Notes under the pieces: generated by a model
Seen by the model: only the letters and a program-made list of their open reading frames with translations
The model's database searches: none
What the model was told of the DNA's origin: nothing
Part shown: one piece after another, positions 51,201 through 64,000 of the stretch
Layout of the letters: every line of letters starts with the position of its first letter
How positions within the stretch are numbered: the first letter of the stretch is position 1
Made by a program: the position numbers and the translations under genes
NCBI GenBank assembly: GCA_016748015.1
Contig: JAAOMT010000531.1
Coordinates: 434,001-498,000 of the forward strand
DNA: 64,000 nt
Direction of reading: 5' to 3'
Origin: Geosiphon pyriformis uo1
Lineage: Eukaryota; Fungi; Glomeromycota

Positions 51201-53006
51201 ATGAGTCTCCCATCTATTAGATCTATTTTTAAACTCCCTCTCGAAAATATTGGTCCGGGTAAGCAATCAAAATTTTTTCTTAAACATTATGGAATTTTTC
51301 CGTTTGTCTGAGATTTCTTTGGAAGCCTTTAGCTGAAAAGCCTTGAGACTAGAATTTTTTTATGATATACGCCACACCAGCCTCACAGAAATTTGGGCTC
51401 AAATTTTTTTTTAAAACCCGATGATCATTTTATTGATGCAAAAAAAAAATGACAAAACTATTTGCACTACCATTTGCTTTCAAGCTTTGGCACAAACACG
51501 TAAACAAATCAGCCCGCCTATGCATCCCAAAACTGCCACTGAACAAAGCAAAGTTGCGCAATCAATCATGTTTAATAATAATAATATGAAAGAAAAATGT
51601 TTATTTGGGTTCATAAATAAAAAAAAAAAGAATAACAACAATAACAAATAGAGAGATTGAGGGGAAAAGAGGATGATGAGCCACTAAGGTTCAACCTGAA
51701 TTTGGCTTAGGCTTTCAAGAAATCTTCGATTAGCACTATCCCTTCACCCAACGGAATCCATCTTGATATTTCTAACCTGAATTATTCATAAAAATCTTTT
51801 TTTCTAGATTCTAACCAGTTATTATCGGATCACCACTTCAAGGAGACTTCAATGATGTGCTATATGTATAGTCATCCCAGAACTAATAGCCACCCTTTCT
51901 CTTCCTGCTGCTCAACTGCTTACTCCTCTCCACTTTCTATCTCACCATCAATTACTCCAATGTCCCAAACTCCAACTTTGAACAAAATTCAAATGCCCCT
52001 TCCACGAAAAGAAATTCTTTCCTCTAACATTGGCAACTCTTTTATTGGAAGTTCAACTAATCAAAATAAATCAAACAATCTTCCCAATTTAGCTGGAACT
52101 CAATACGCAACAAATTTCTCTCATAATAGCAAACAATCATCATTTAATTTAAATAATATTCAGAACAGAAATCAACTTCATCAAGGTACTCTTGGCTCTC
52201 TTCTCTCACCACCGGAATCTCCAGATATGGCTTCAAACCATCAACAGCAATCATCATCAAATACTTTCGATCATTATGGAGCTCAAATTTCTCGTCAACA
52301 ACATGAGCAACAACAACGACAACAACAACGTTATGCTATCGATCAACCTCAATATAACACTCTTCCAGCGTTTACTTCAACCGTTAAACCAGAACCAATT
52401 TATTCTTCTATAATGACTTCTGGAATTCAAGCCAACCACTATTCACCATATCCACAACAATTAATCTCTCACCCCATTTCACAACATCCTCAACAACAAC
52501 AACAACAACTACAACTACAACAACTACAGCAACGGCAACAACAATCAACTTATTCATCAACTCTTCAACCAGTTCCAAATTCAGCTTTCAATAATCGATC
52601 ACTTTCACATATTAATATGCCAAGTATACAAATGATAACTGGCAATGACTCGGGTCTTAAGAGAACAGTTTCAAAGGCAATCAATGATCAATCGACGGGT
52701 AATTCTATGATTGCAGCAGCATCATTACCATCCTCTTCATCAAATGCCAATCGCTATCAATGCCCCTATTGTTCGAAACGATTCTCTCGCCCGAGCTCAC
52801 TTCGTATTCATACTTACTCGCATACTGGTGAAAAACCATTCGTATGTTCAGAACCTGGTTGTGGACGTAAATTCTCTGTTCAAAGTAATATGCGACGACA
52901 TCTTAGAGTTCATCGTTTAGGTCGATCAGTGGAAAAAGTTCGATATGATGGTGAAGTTGAGGGAGTAAAACTGATGAATCTTGGTAATGTGCTCCGAAAA
53001 TGTTAG
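51201..53006 (+). CDS. FlbC-like two-finger C2H2 transcription factor; exons 51201-51258 and 51808-53006
   Basis: Fingers [54 protein letters not shown] match the FlbC/Fle1 type, after a Q/S/N-rich region. Upstream exon [19 protein letters not shown] ends at a GTAAGC donor (51259) and joins in frame (g|at) at a tttttttctag acceptor (51807). Confidence 0.9.
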
Positions 53007-53708
53007 TCATCTTGTCTGGTAACTGACTGTAGTCATTATCAGATCAAGCATAATAATAGATCTTTCGACAAAAGACATTGAAAGACTCATTTGGCCAATG
53101 GTGGGAATTATACTGTATATATAAACATAAACTTGTGGCGAAAATCACTTTTTACTTTTTAAAAATTTTCTCTTGATATATATTGAATTTTTTAAAACTT
53201 ATTCGATCACAGCCCATTGAAAAAAATTAAGAACGTTTCCCAAATTTTTATTCTTTGCAGAATCCCCTTTGTGAAATAAAACTCTTTTTCAAAGCTAGTT
53301 TTCATCTCGTCATGCCATCATTTACACGTTACATAATGAAAAACAACTTTTTACCACCAGTCATATCTTCAGAAAATAATAGACACCTAGTTTATGATGA
53401 TGGCAAAATATTAGACGTTTTATTCTCCGTTTATCCTTTAAAATCTTTCTATTGATGAAATATTTGAATATTTCTTTTACTTGCTCGATTTACGTTCGAT
53501 TCTGTTCAATTCTGTTCTTCCAAACAAAAATTCTTTTTCGTTATGATTATCATATGGAATATGTTCTATTATTTTTTACTTTACGCAAAATTATGTTTTA
53601 CTATAATGCTCCCCCGTTTCTGTTCTTTCGTCCTAGTAACTTTTTTGTTTTTCTTTATAATCCTTCATTCAAAGTTCATTCTTCAATTGTAAATTTTCTC
53701 AATTTTAT

Positions 53709-53776
53709 ACACATACATTACATCCATACATTACATCCATACATACATACCAACATACATACATACATACATACAT
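53709..53776. repeat. (CATA)n-like microsatellite
   Basis: Directly visible. Confidence 0.9.
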
Positions 53777-53936
53777 AAACACACGTAAAAGATACAAAAA
53801 AATACTGTGAAAATAAGAGTTTTAATTTTTACAGTGAAATAAAAGAAATGATAAGTGCAAAAAATTGATTGCAAAACCATAATTACTCAATTTTTAATGG
53901 AGTTGACTTGGGTTATTGAAATATGATATTTATTTA

Positions 53937-55311
53937 CAAATGTATCTGAGCCGAGTGTTTTTGAGCATATTACAATAAACTAATCTTTTGTAGAATTAAT
54001 ATGATGAACTTGTTTGGTGCGAGTAAAATCTTTATTAATTATAGGGTAGTAAATATGAGTTTCATGTCATTCAATTCACTTTTCGAACTTTGAATTCTCG
54101 TATTTTGTTTCAAGTTCATAATTTACTTTTGTCCAATCTCAAGAACAAAGAAACTAGGTATTTGATATATTAATATTTGTAACCTCTCGCTAAGAAAACC
54201 CAATCAGTGAAAGATATGAATATTTTTAAAATCAGGAAATTGAATTGAGTGAAAAAAACGTGTGTTTTACAAAAAAATAATTTTTCTGCATGATAAATGG
54301 TGATTGAAATTACGCCAGCATTTTTAGACTTAAAAAAATTAAAAATTATCGGGAATTCCCATGTTTTTTGCAAGTAAACAAGTTTTTTCTTTGGTGCAGC
54401 ATTTATTTTTTAAATAAAAAAAATCTTCTTTGGGCAGGTGAGAAAAAGGGCAAAAATGATTCAATGAGATGAAAATTTATTTGCCCCCCCCCCCCTATGT
54501 TATTTGAAAATTTTTCATTTAGCATTACGAAAAAAAAAACAATTATGATTTGCTTTTTGCGTTTTTTAAACTTTATTATTATTAACCATCCCCCGTGGGC
54601 TGGTAAATCCCATTGTCGCTTTTGATATTCCGAATGGTGATTTTTGGAATTTAATTTGTCTCGAATAGAAATGATACCTTAAAAACAAGATATTTTCTTG
54701 TAGAAAGTAATAATAATAATAAATAATAATAATAATAATAATAAATAATAATAAATAATAATAATAAATAATAATAATAATAGTAATAATAAATGATGTA
54801 ATTCAGAATCGATCAGATTTTGTAAAAATCGGTTTAAAGCTTTTAATAAAAATTGCAAAATTCACTAGTCAATTAATAGCTTATCTTTTAGAAACATGTC
54901 AATAAACCACAAAATTTTTCTAAACTTGTGGGGTATAGTTAATTTTTTTTATTACATATAAATTTTGACCTGGTGAGACTTTGAGATGCTTCTATTTTTT
55001 CAAGTTAACGGGAGTAATCTGATTTGGTGATATAAACCCTTCCCATAATCGTAAAGATAAAAAAATGATATTGATATTGACAAAAGTTCTTTCTTATGGA
55101 ACAATTTTATCATCTATATATTGTAATATTTTTGGTTACCACATGATAGCTAAAGCATCAACATCAAAAATTTTCTTTCTACAACACCCGAAAGGTGAAT
55201 AGATTATCATGATAAAAATCTAAATTTCAATATCTTCCATTATTATATGACTAAAAAGTTTTCAATGTTATTTTAAAAGTTTTTACACTTTACCTTAAAA
55301 CCTCTTAATCA
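53937..55311 (-). repeat. Inverted copy of 31433-32569, with an extra ~330-bp segment (~54685-55013) containing (AAT)n
   Basis: Colinear reverse-complement matches as listed for the partner feature. Confidence 0.9.
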
Positions 55312-55397
55312 AAATATTATTTGTAAATAAGCAAATTTACTTAAATGTTTGGATATTAATTTTCTTAATCGATATCAATGAAATCTTTTTTAATTTT

Positions 55398-55479
<82 letters not shown>

Positions 55480-58400
55480 GAAAATAAAAGTAAAATCAAT
55501 TAAAAATTAAAGCTAATTCAATCAAAATGTAACCAAAATTTTTTTAATTAGTTATTAAAAATATATAGTATTTAAAAATCTAGTTTTAAAAGTAAAAATA
55601 AAGAAATTATTCAAAAATTTATAAAAAAAACATAGCTAAAATATTTAATTAATTAAAATACTATTGTTAAAACTATATTTTTAACAATATAATACTTTTT
55701 ATTATGGTATTAATACCATAATAAAAACAAAGTCAAATGATAAAATTAATAGCTTATTTAGTAAAATAAAACATAATATAAAATATTAATAATATGTATT
55801 TAAAAATCAGAAAATAATAAAAAATTTAAAATACTAATAATAAGTATATAACATACTTAAAATATTGATAAAAAGTCTTTAAAGCTTTAAGAAAAAAAAA
55901 CATATATATCAAATTAATTAATTCAGTTGTAAATTTTTTTGGCATATTATATTTTTATAAACTATTAATTTAAATAATCAGATTTAGATAATAAGATTTA
56001 GAATTGTAATTATATATTATTAATATTAATTGTAATTATAATCAACACAATTAAACATAAATTAATTAATTATATTTTCTAGTAACTATTTTTAAATAGT
56101 AATTACAAATTAAAAATATTAAACTACATAAATAAGAATATATAAGAATTTTAAAATATACTAAAACCTATTATTATTAAATTATATGTGTTAATTTTTA
56201 ATTTTTATTGGTGTTTTTTAGTTTATCAAGATTTTTTTATATTTAATTTAGCTAAATAATTAAATGTATCATATTTTTTTATTATTATTAAATTAATTAC
56301 TAATTTTTTATTTTTTATTTGTCAATTAATTTTATTAATTAAACATAATAATATAAGTTTTTTTACATAATTTTAATAATAATTTTTATCGTATATATTG
56401 TAATTTTTTGTATTAAAAACCATAAAAATTTATTGCTAATAATAATACAAATATCTGTATTTAACTTTTTTATTAAGTTTTCTGTTAAAAGTTCTTTTAA
56501 AAATATTATAATAAAGTCAACAAATTAACTTGCTATTAATTATGATTCTTTTTTTATCAGCTTTAATATTATTTAAAAATTTGTCATTATTGGTAAAAAT
56601 AATATAAATAAGTTTAACAGTTTTTTTTGTTCTTTTTTATTTTTTTTTTATTGCTTTTTTTATCTTTTGATTCATTTGATTAATTTTTTTTTTGAGTTGG
56701 TTTTGGTTTTGGAAAAGTTTTTTAATAGTAATACTTAATTATGATAAATTTTTTATTATATTTAATAGTTAATTTACATAGTTTATAATTAAACAATATT
56801 TTGTTTTCTTAAATTATTTATTGTTAACAATAATAATGTATTTTTTAGTTTTTAAAAGTTTCATGTTAGTTTTAATACAGATACTATTAATTTAAACTAA
56901 AATAGCTATGTTTAAATTTTTTTTCTTATTATTATATATATTAATTATAAATTAGATTAAAAATTTATCAATTTTTCTGTTAATAACTTTTAAAAAGTAT
57001 TTGGTAATAATACTAATAGATAATTTACTAACTAGAATTAAGTCAATAAAATAACCAAATATTTGTGTTTTACAAATCAAAAAAAATAATATTGTTATTA
57101 TTAAATAGTCAAATTTAATAAATGTATTTATTAGTTTTTAATGTTTTTTTTAGAATCAAAAATTTATAAATTTTTTTTTAAACTGTAAATAAATTATTAA
57201 TTGACTAAAAATAATATATACTAAAGTTTTTATAAAATTTTTGACAATAAAATAAAATAAAAATTTTGTTCAATTTTTAAAATTTTTTAGCTTAGAAGAA
57301 TTCTTAAATACTTTGGCTTTTAAAATTTTTTTGTTATTATTAATAAATATTAAAGTTTTATTAAGATTTAAAATGAATTTAAAAACCAAAAAAAACAAAA
57401 AAAAATTGTTGTAATCTCTTGAAAAATGCCTAGTTAATCTACAATAATAACATATAAATAAGTCATAATTTTGCTGTCTTTAATTGTAAAGTAATTGTTA
57501 AAACTAAGTAAATTGAAATTTAAATTTAGATCTCTAATATTATTGGATTTCTTTACTACTTAAGCCAGTAATTCTAATAATTAAATAAAATTAATAATAA
57601 GTTATCTACTAGCTGTTTATTTGAATTTTAAGTTTAGACAACAAAAAAAGTAACAGCTATTTAAAAAGCTGAAACCAGAACAAAAACAAAAGCAAAAACT
57701 AAAATGTAGATTTAAATATATTTTTTGGTTATTTTTAATTTTCTGGATGAATTTAATAGCCATTTTTATTTTAAATTTGTTTTTTAAAGCTAAAAAAGAC
57801 CAGAAAACATATAACAAGTTAGTTTTTAATTCTTTTATAAAGAAATGAATTTTTTGTTTTTTAGTTTAGTTTTTTTTAATATCTATTTATTTAATTAGTT
57901 TTTTTTTAGCTTTAATATATTTAATTACAATTTTATCAAAATTTTGAATTTTTTTTTAGTTTTATATGCTATTTGAAAATTAAAATTTGTATTTTAAATC
58001 TGTTTTTAAATTGAGTAGTAAAAGATATATATTTTTTAGTTTAAATTAGTATTTTTTTTATAATTTTTTAAAGAACATCAATATTAGTTTTTTATAAAAA
58101 CTAAGTAATAAAAAAGTTTTATAAGTAGTCACTTACAATTTGGAATTTGTATTCAATATTATATTAATTGGCTATTGCTGTTTTTTTAAATTATTCGGCT
58201 ATTTAATTGGATTTTGTACATTATTTCTAAATAAAAGTAGTAAAGTGTTATTTTTTTTACTTTAAAGCAGTTTATATATTTTGAAAAACAGCCAAAATGT
58301 TTGCTTAAATTAAATTAATTATTGATTTAAAAATAGCTGTTTTTGTAAAGAGATTTAATTTACTTGAAAAAAGATCAAAAACAAAAAAAGTTTGGTAGCT

Positions 58401-61400
58401 TTCTTTTTTTGTTTCAAAAAATTCTTAACGAACTGATAAATAGCTATTTAAATATAAATTTAATAATTCAGATATTCAAAATTAGATGGTAATTGTTCAA
58501 AAATTATAGAATATAAAAGTTAATTAATATTGTCGTTTTTTTAAAAAATATTTTTTCAAATAAACTTGGTCAAAAATATATATAATATAAACAATATAAG
58601 TTTTAAAAAAAAAACAAATCAAACAAAAAGACAGAAAATTAAATTCAATAAGTTTTAGATTATTTTTTTGTGTATTTTAAAGTGTTTTTTTGATTGTTAT
58701 AACAAATATAAATAATCATTCATAAAATAAAAAACAATATAAATTTTAACAACTTTACAAAAAGCACTACTTTTATATTATAGATTAGAATAATAAGTTA
58801 ATAAATAGCAAAAAAAACAAAATTATATAATAATAAAATTAATAAAAAAAAATTCAACTTTAAAGAATTAATTAAATTAGTATAAAGTTAATATTTAAAA
58901 TTAGTTTTATAAATATTTTAATTATTATATTTTCTAAAAAAGTAATAAAAAAATTTGAAGATCGAAAAATAGTCGTTATTGTTAATAAAAAATAACATAT
59001 TGATATAATTTTATGTCTTATATTGACATTTTTAAAATTTAATATTAAGTATTGATTGTATTTTTTAGTAATATTTATTCAATAATTTTTAAATTTAACA
59101 AATATATAAATATTAACAAGCAATCTTTTATTTACAGATGTTTAAATACTTATAAAATTAGGAAAAAAAATAAGTAATATAAAAAAATTAAATATTTAAA
59201 AGTAATTTTTATTACTTTAATATTTTGTATTTTCTAATATATTTTTTTACAGCTAAAAAACTCATCACTTATATAGCTATTTAAAATAATTAATAATTAA
59301 TATAAATTAACCAATTATAATATAGTACAGCAATAATCTTGGAAAAATAATAATTAGCATAATAATAAGCACTATTTTATAATAATAGCAAGTACTAGTT
59401 TGTAATAACAGCAAGCACCAGCTAGTAATAGTAACAAACACTAAGTTGAAATATTAAAAAAAGAATATTACAATATGTTTTTTTGTAAAACTATAAACAT
59501 ATACATATATAGTAATTTTAATATTAAGAAAAATTATCTTGTTAACTTTTAATTTTTTACTTTAATAATTTTTTAATCTTTATTTTTAAATAAATACCCA
59601 AAAAAATCTTTAATTAAAAAAATATTGAAAATTAAATTATTATAATCAAAGTGTTAAGAAACTTATTTGTATTATTTATTGAATCCTTTAAAAAATAATA
59701 TCTAATTAATAAAAGCTTTATTGTAAAAATTAAGAAAAGTACTAAAGACTATTAACATTTTGTGTTTTTAAATTAAAAAAACCCTTTAGATAATTGTAAG
59801 AATAGTCTTAGAAAAGATTTTACTACCATAAATAAATTTCAGATTAGTTTTTGAAAAAGACTATATAAATATACACAACAATTAAGAATTAAAAAATAAC
59901 TTATATTGTAATATTAAAAAGAAAGTTTTTAGTATAATATCAGTATTATCACACAAATAGAATTGAAACAATCTCGTAACAGTAGTTAATTATATAATAT
60001 TGGCTAATACATATGATAATTAATAAAAACTATGATTTTTAATCATAATAATATTAAACAGTTTTTATATTTAATTATATATATTATTTCCAAAAAAGTT
60101 TTATTATTAACATAATTTAAAAAAAATACTAATAATATTTCAGATTAAAAATATTATTCAAAACAGCTTTTTTTTGTTTAGCTTTCTATAATTTTATTTC
60201 TTTTAAATTTAATTTTATTAAAATTTAAAAGTAATATATTTTTTATAACAAAATATTTTAAAATCAGTTTTCGAAATAAATATTTTAAAATACTTTTAAT
60301 AATATGTTTTTTATTAGTAATAAAGCTTTTTATATGTTTAAAAATAATTAATTTAGTTTTGAAATTTTGAATTCTTTAAAACTTATAAAGCTTGAATACA
60401 TAATAAAACTTTTTTACACCAAATAAAACAGATTTAATATTATCAAAATTGGAATCAGTATTAATTAAACTTTGAACATCTGAAATTATAACATTATTGA
60501 AAAATTATAATTATATTAACTTAAAAAACCTGTTACCAAATTTTAATTTTAATGTATTAACAATTTTTAAAACTAAAAGTTTCAGTTTAAAAAACTTAAA
60601 CAAAGTTTTAATTATTAAAATTACAAAATTACAACTTAATAAACATTTTATTTACTAAAAAATACATAATTTTTTAAATTTTATTTTTTTTAAAGTTATT
60701 AAATTTATTAAATAAATTAATTGTTATAAAAAAAAACATTTTTAAAATATATCTACTTAATATTATTAACATTTTTAAAATTGTGTTTTTATTGGGCTTG
60801 TTTGTTTGTTTTTATAAAAAGACTAATTGTATATTTAACAAACTATTTAAACCCATAAAAACAGCTTGGTAGTTATATTAAAAAACTTATTTATACTTAA
60901 AATTTTATGATTAGTTATAATATTAACAAAATTTACAGACACAAAAATATAATTTATTATTTTTTTATATTTTTTAAATTATTTTTAATCAAATTTTAGT
61001 TATTAAATGGTTTATTAAAGAGTTAATCAAGCCAAAATTTAAATATTTTTTAAAGTTAAAACACTTTTTATTAAAGTTGCCACCAAAAATTACAAAAAAA
61101 AACTTGTTTACAGTCTTAATTATCAAAAAATTGATAATACTAACTTAAATCATTTATGTTTTTATAAATACATTAATATAAAGTCTTAAAATTAAAACAA
61201 AAAACTTATTTTTAAACAGTAATCTAATTAATAAAAATCAATTAGTTATTTTAAAAACTTTATATACATGTTTAATCAAATTTTTATTTATAATAATTAT
61301 AATATCAGAATTTAAGTAATCATAATTCAAACCAAAAATAAGAAATTTTATATTATTGAACTTGTTTTTAATTTAAACTTAATATGGTTTTTTAAATATA

Positions 61401-61950
61401 ACCAATTATTAAAAAAAATATTTAAAATAGTATTATCAGAATTCAAATTATTTAGTCATAAAAAAAACAACATTAAGAAATTTTAAAAATTCTATTATTT
61501 TGGCTTTAAAACCACTCGATTTTATAATTATAAAGTTAAATACAATAAGACTTAAAAATAAAAAAATAAAAAAATATATCTATAATTATATTTAAATTAA
61601 AAATCAAAACTAAAAAAAAGCCACTAAATTAAAAAAAATTATAGATTATTATATCTATTAACAAAACATAAAAATGTTTAATAACAATTTCTAAAAACTC
61701 ATAAATATTTGTTTATATTAGCTTTTTTATATATAATAAAAATTTTTTATGAAAATAAATTATTTAAACTTTATTATAGTTTTTTATTATAAATTAATTA
61801 ACTGTATTTTAACAAAAACCATCTTTAGTTTTAGTTAAACTTAATTTAATTTCATAAAATTTTAAGAAAATAAAAATCTTTTTAAAGTATTTTTTTAAAA
61901 ATTTTTATTAACAATAACTAAAAAATTAATATTTAATATAAAAACTTTAT
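55312..61950. mobile_element. Extremely AT-rich block, probably nested hyper-mutated transposon remnants
   Basis: No credible ORF, G/C and CpG are scarce, and a poly-T lies at 55400-55477. The block is contiguous with the recognisable retroelement relic at 62-63.5 kb. Internal families could not be identified by eye. Confidence 0.5.
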
Positions 61951-61989
61951 AAAATTAAAAACTATTACTTTTGTTAAGCATTTTTATAC

Positions 61990-63540
61990 CAAAAAATGGC
62001 TGATTTTTGATTGAAAAAGTTTTTATTATTAGAAAAGATTAAATATTTAAAATCCAATTTTTAATTCGTTTAGAGTAGCAGTTAGTTATTTAAATAGTAA
62101 AATTTCTTATTATGTTGTTTTGTTTGTAGTTGGCATTTTTAATTTTCTAACATGCTTAATTCTAATAAATTTATTATTGTAAAAAATATGTTGTTTAATT
62201 TTGACTTGAATATTATTAATATTTACACAGATAGTTCTTTAGAAAATTTGAATATACTTGAAATATAGAATAATACTGCTGTATTTTTTGCAGATTTAGA
62301 GATATTTATTAGTATTAGAGTAAATAATCTATTTTTTTTTACTTTAATGAAATTATAAGTTCTCACTTTGGTTTTAAAATATGTTTTTATCTTTAGTGCT
62401 ATTATAATAAGCTTAAACAGTTAAGCTATTTTAAATATATATATTTGTTTAAAATAGATTTGATATTAGGTAAAAAAATATTATATTATAAATATTATTA
62501 AGAATAAAAGTTTTTATATAATCTGATTAAAAGTCAAGAATCATTTAAGAATTTTAAATAATAATAAAGCTAATAAACTAATTAATACTGCTTTTTTCTC
62601 AAGTTTGGCTTTATTTGTTTATGTTCAGAAAAAGTATATTAAAGCTGGTAATATGGTTGTTTCTAGAAATGCACAGTATTTTGTTTGTGATGTTTTCAAA
62701 GCTGTTTGTTATGTTTATTAAAAAGCTAGATTTAGAACCAAGATTGTTAATAAAAATTAATTTAAAAATATTGATTAAAATTATACTTTTTTAGTCTGGC
62801 ATCTTAACTTATATATGACTTTTGGATATATAAATATTTTCACATCAAATTTGCACTCTTATTTTATAAAGACTTTGTATTGCAATTTATCTGTTGCTGT
62901 TTAAAAGCAGCTATACAATAAATATTATTATAGTGTTTTAAGTTTTTGTTGTAATAAGATCAAGTTTTTTAATTATTTATTTTTATGTAAGAAGAATTGG
63001 AAGTTTGTAAATACTTGTTGAATTCACATATTGTTTTATAGAAATCTATGTTGGATTTAAACGGATCATTGTTATGTATTTTACAGCTGCTTTTTTTGTG
63101 TATATTGGATGATATTCTTTATACTGCTCTAAACAAAGGTTTTGTTTTTAAGAAATAATATTTAGAAGCTTTCTCTATTTTTGAAAATGTCAAGATTGCT
63201 GTTAATAAGATTGTGAACTTTGTGCATAATTTATTGTGATAAGATATGATTGGTCCAGTCTAAATTCAGATTAATCATAGAAAATAGTGGTTTAATATTT
63301 TGTAATAGTTCTGTGTTTCCTGCTGTCTATGGTCTGTTATCTTTGCTTTTTGTTAATGTTGTAAGATTGCTTGGAATTGCTAAAAAATTGGGTGTTTGTT
63401 TCGGGTTATATAAGTTGTGTATGTTTTTTTCAGATATTGATAATAAGATTTGTGTTAAGATTGGCCTAAGTGGCTGGTTACATTAGTAAATACGTGATTT
63501 AGATCACTTAGTTAATGTATTGTGTTAGTGTTTGGGTCTC
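61990..63540 (+). mobile_element. Degenerate retroelement pol C-terminus (RNase H + Cys/His Zn-knuckle region), non-LTR-like
   Basis: The frame from 62221 reads IYTDSSL...TAVFF...TLMKL*VLTLVLKY...LNS*AIL, matching RNase H YTDGS/AELxA/DSQ. From 62521 it reads I*LKVKNHLRILNNNKANKLI, matching WxKVKGHSGxxGNxxADxLA. A decayed CxxC...E...H...C region follows at ~62940-62990, and ORF 63250..63486 is the C-terminal tail. Confidence 0.8.
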
Positions 63541-63569
63541 ACTCATTAAATTAAAAATTAAAAACTTTT

Positions 63570-64000
63570 CTTTTCTGATAAAAGCTAAAGCAAAAGACTT
63601 TAATTTGTTTAATATTGAAAAAAAGAAGTTAAGAACTTTATTATTTTTATTTAAGTACCAAAATTAGGCTGTTTTACTAGTTTTTTAAGTTATAAACATG
63701 AGTATAAGTTCTTTGCAAAGCCATATTATTCATAGGTTTATAATTATCCATTTTTTTATCATCAATAAAACTGGTCTTTTTTACATAAACATTATCTATA
63801 TTCTTAATATTAATATTTCTATTAACATTATTTTAACAACTGTTAACTCTACCTTTTCAAGGCTTAGACTTAGAATTCACATCAGCTTTCAACATATTTG
63901 CCATCCAAAAAACCAGTAAACTACTGTTGAGCTTCCTTGCCTTCTTTTTCATCTTGCCAAAATTATTTGTTGAAATATCTTTCTTAGTACCAAAATGAGT
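63570..64000 (-). mobile_element. Possible degenerate 5' ORF of a second retroelement copy on the minus strand
   Basis: The minus strand reads coding-like with stops (KKTSFIDDKKMDNYKPMNNMALQRTYTHVY...KQPNFG...KSFALA) and is K/N-enriched as expected after G>A. The family assignment is from recollected resemblance only. Confidence 0.35.

Noticed and set aside
55312-61950. AT-rich block as a mitochondrial or endobacterial insertion
   Set aside because: No recognisable organellar or bacterial genes, tRNAs or rRNA were seen, and it is contiguous with a mutated retroelement.
63250-63486. 78-aa ORF as an independent host gene
   Set aside because: It is the surviving C-terminal stretch of the decayed retroelement ORF.

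Overview
This is AT-rich, intron-containing eukaryotic DNA. Its gene content (SEL1-repeat, MATH-BTB, MATA-type HMG-box, F-box and several TKL-type kinases) is the set of families expanded in Glomeromycotina (arbuscular mycorrhizal fungi and relatives); the taxon is inferred. From 4.9 to 18.5 kb lie five genes: a SEL1-repeat protein, a MATH-BTB protein, an HMG-box factor, a 3-exon chromate (CHR) transporter and a 17-exon Gfo/Idh/MocA oxidoreductase that needs a 5-nt micro-exon. A decayed kinase sits at about 20 kb and a 79-nt hairpin at 22.6 kb. From 25 to 41 kb is a tandemly duplicated three-gene cassette: a small secreted Gly/Asn octapeptide-repeat protein, an F-box protein and a TKL (pseudo)kinase. 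A third kinase copy forms a ~2.2 kb imperfect palindrome with the second. About 10 kb with no recognisable gene precedes a 2-exon FlbC-like C2H2 factor (51.2-53.0 kb). A >1 kb non-coding block is duplicated in inverted orientation (31.4-32.6 and 53.9-55.3 kb). From 55.3 to 64 kb is an extremely AT-rich block containing a retroelement RNase H/Zn-knuckle region whose frame is largely kept but whose motif codons are changed almost only by C>T/G>A, including in non-CpG contexts. This RIP-like signature is not established for this lineage to my knowledge. It and the secreted-peptide/F-box/kinase cassette are the best candidates for undescribed biology. No rRNA, tRNA or CRISPR array was recognised. 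All alignments were done by eye.
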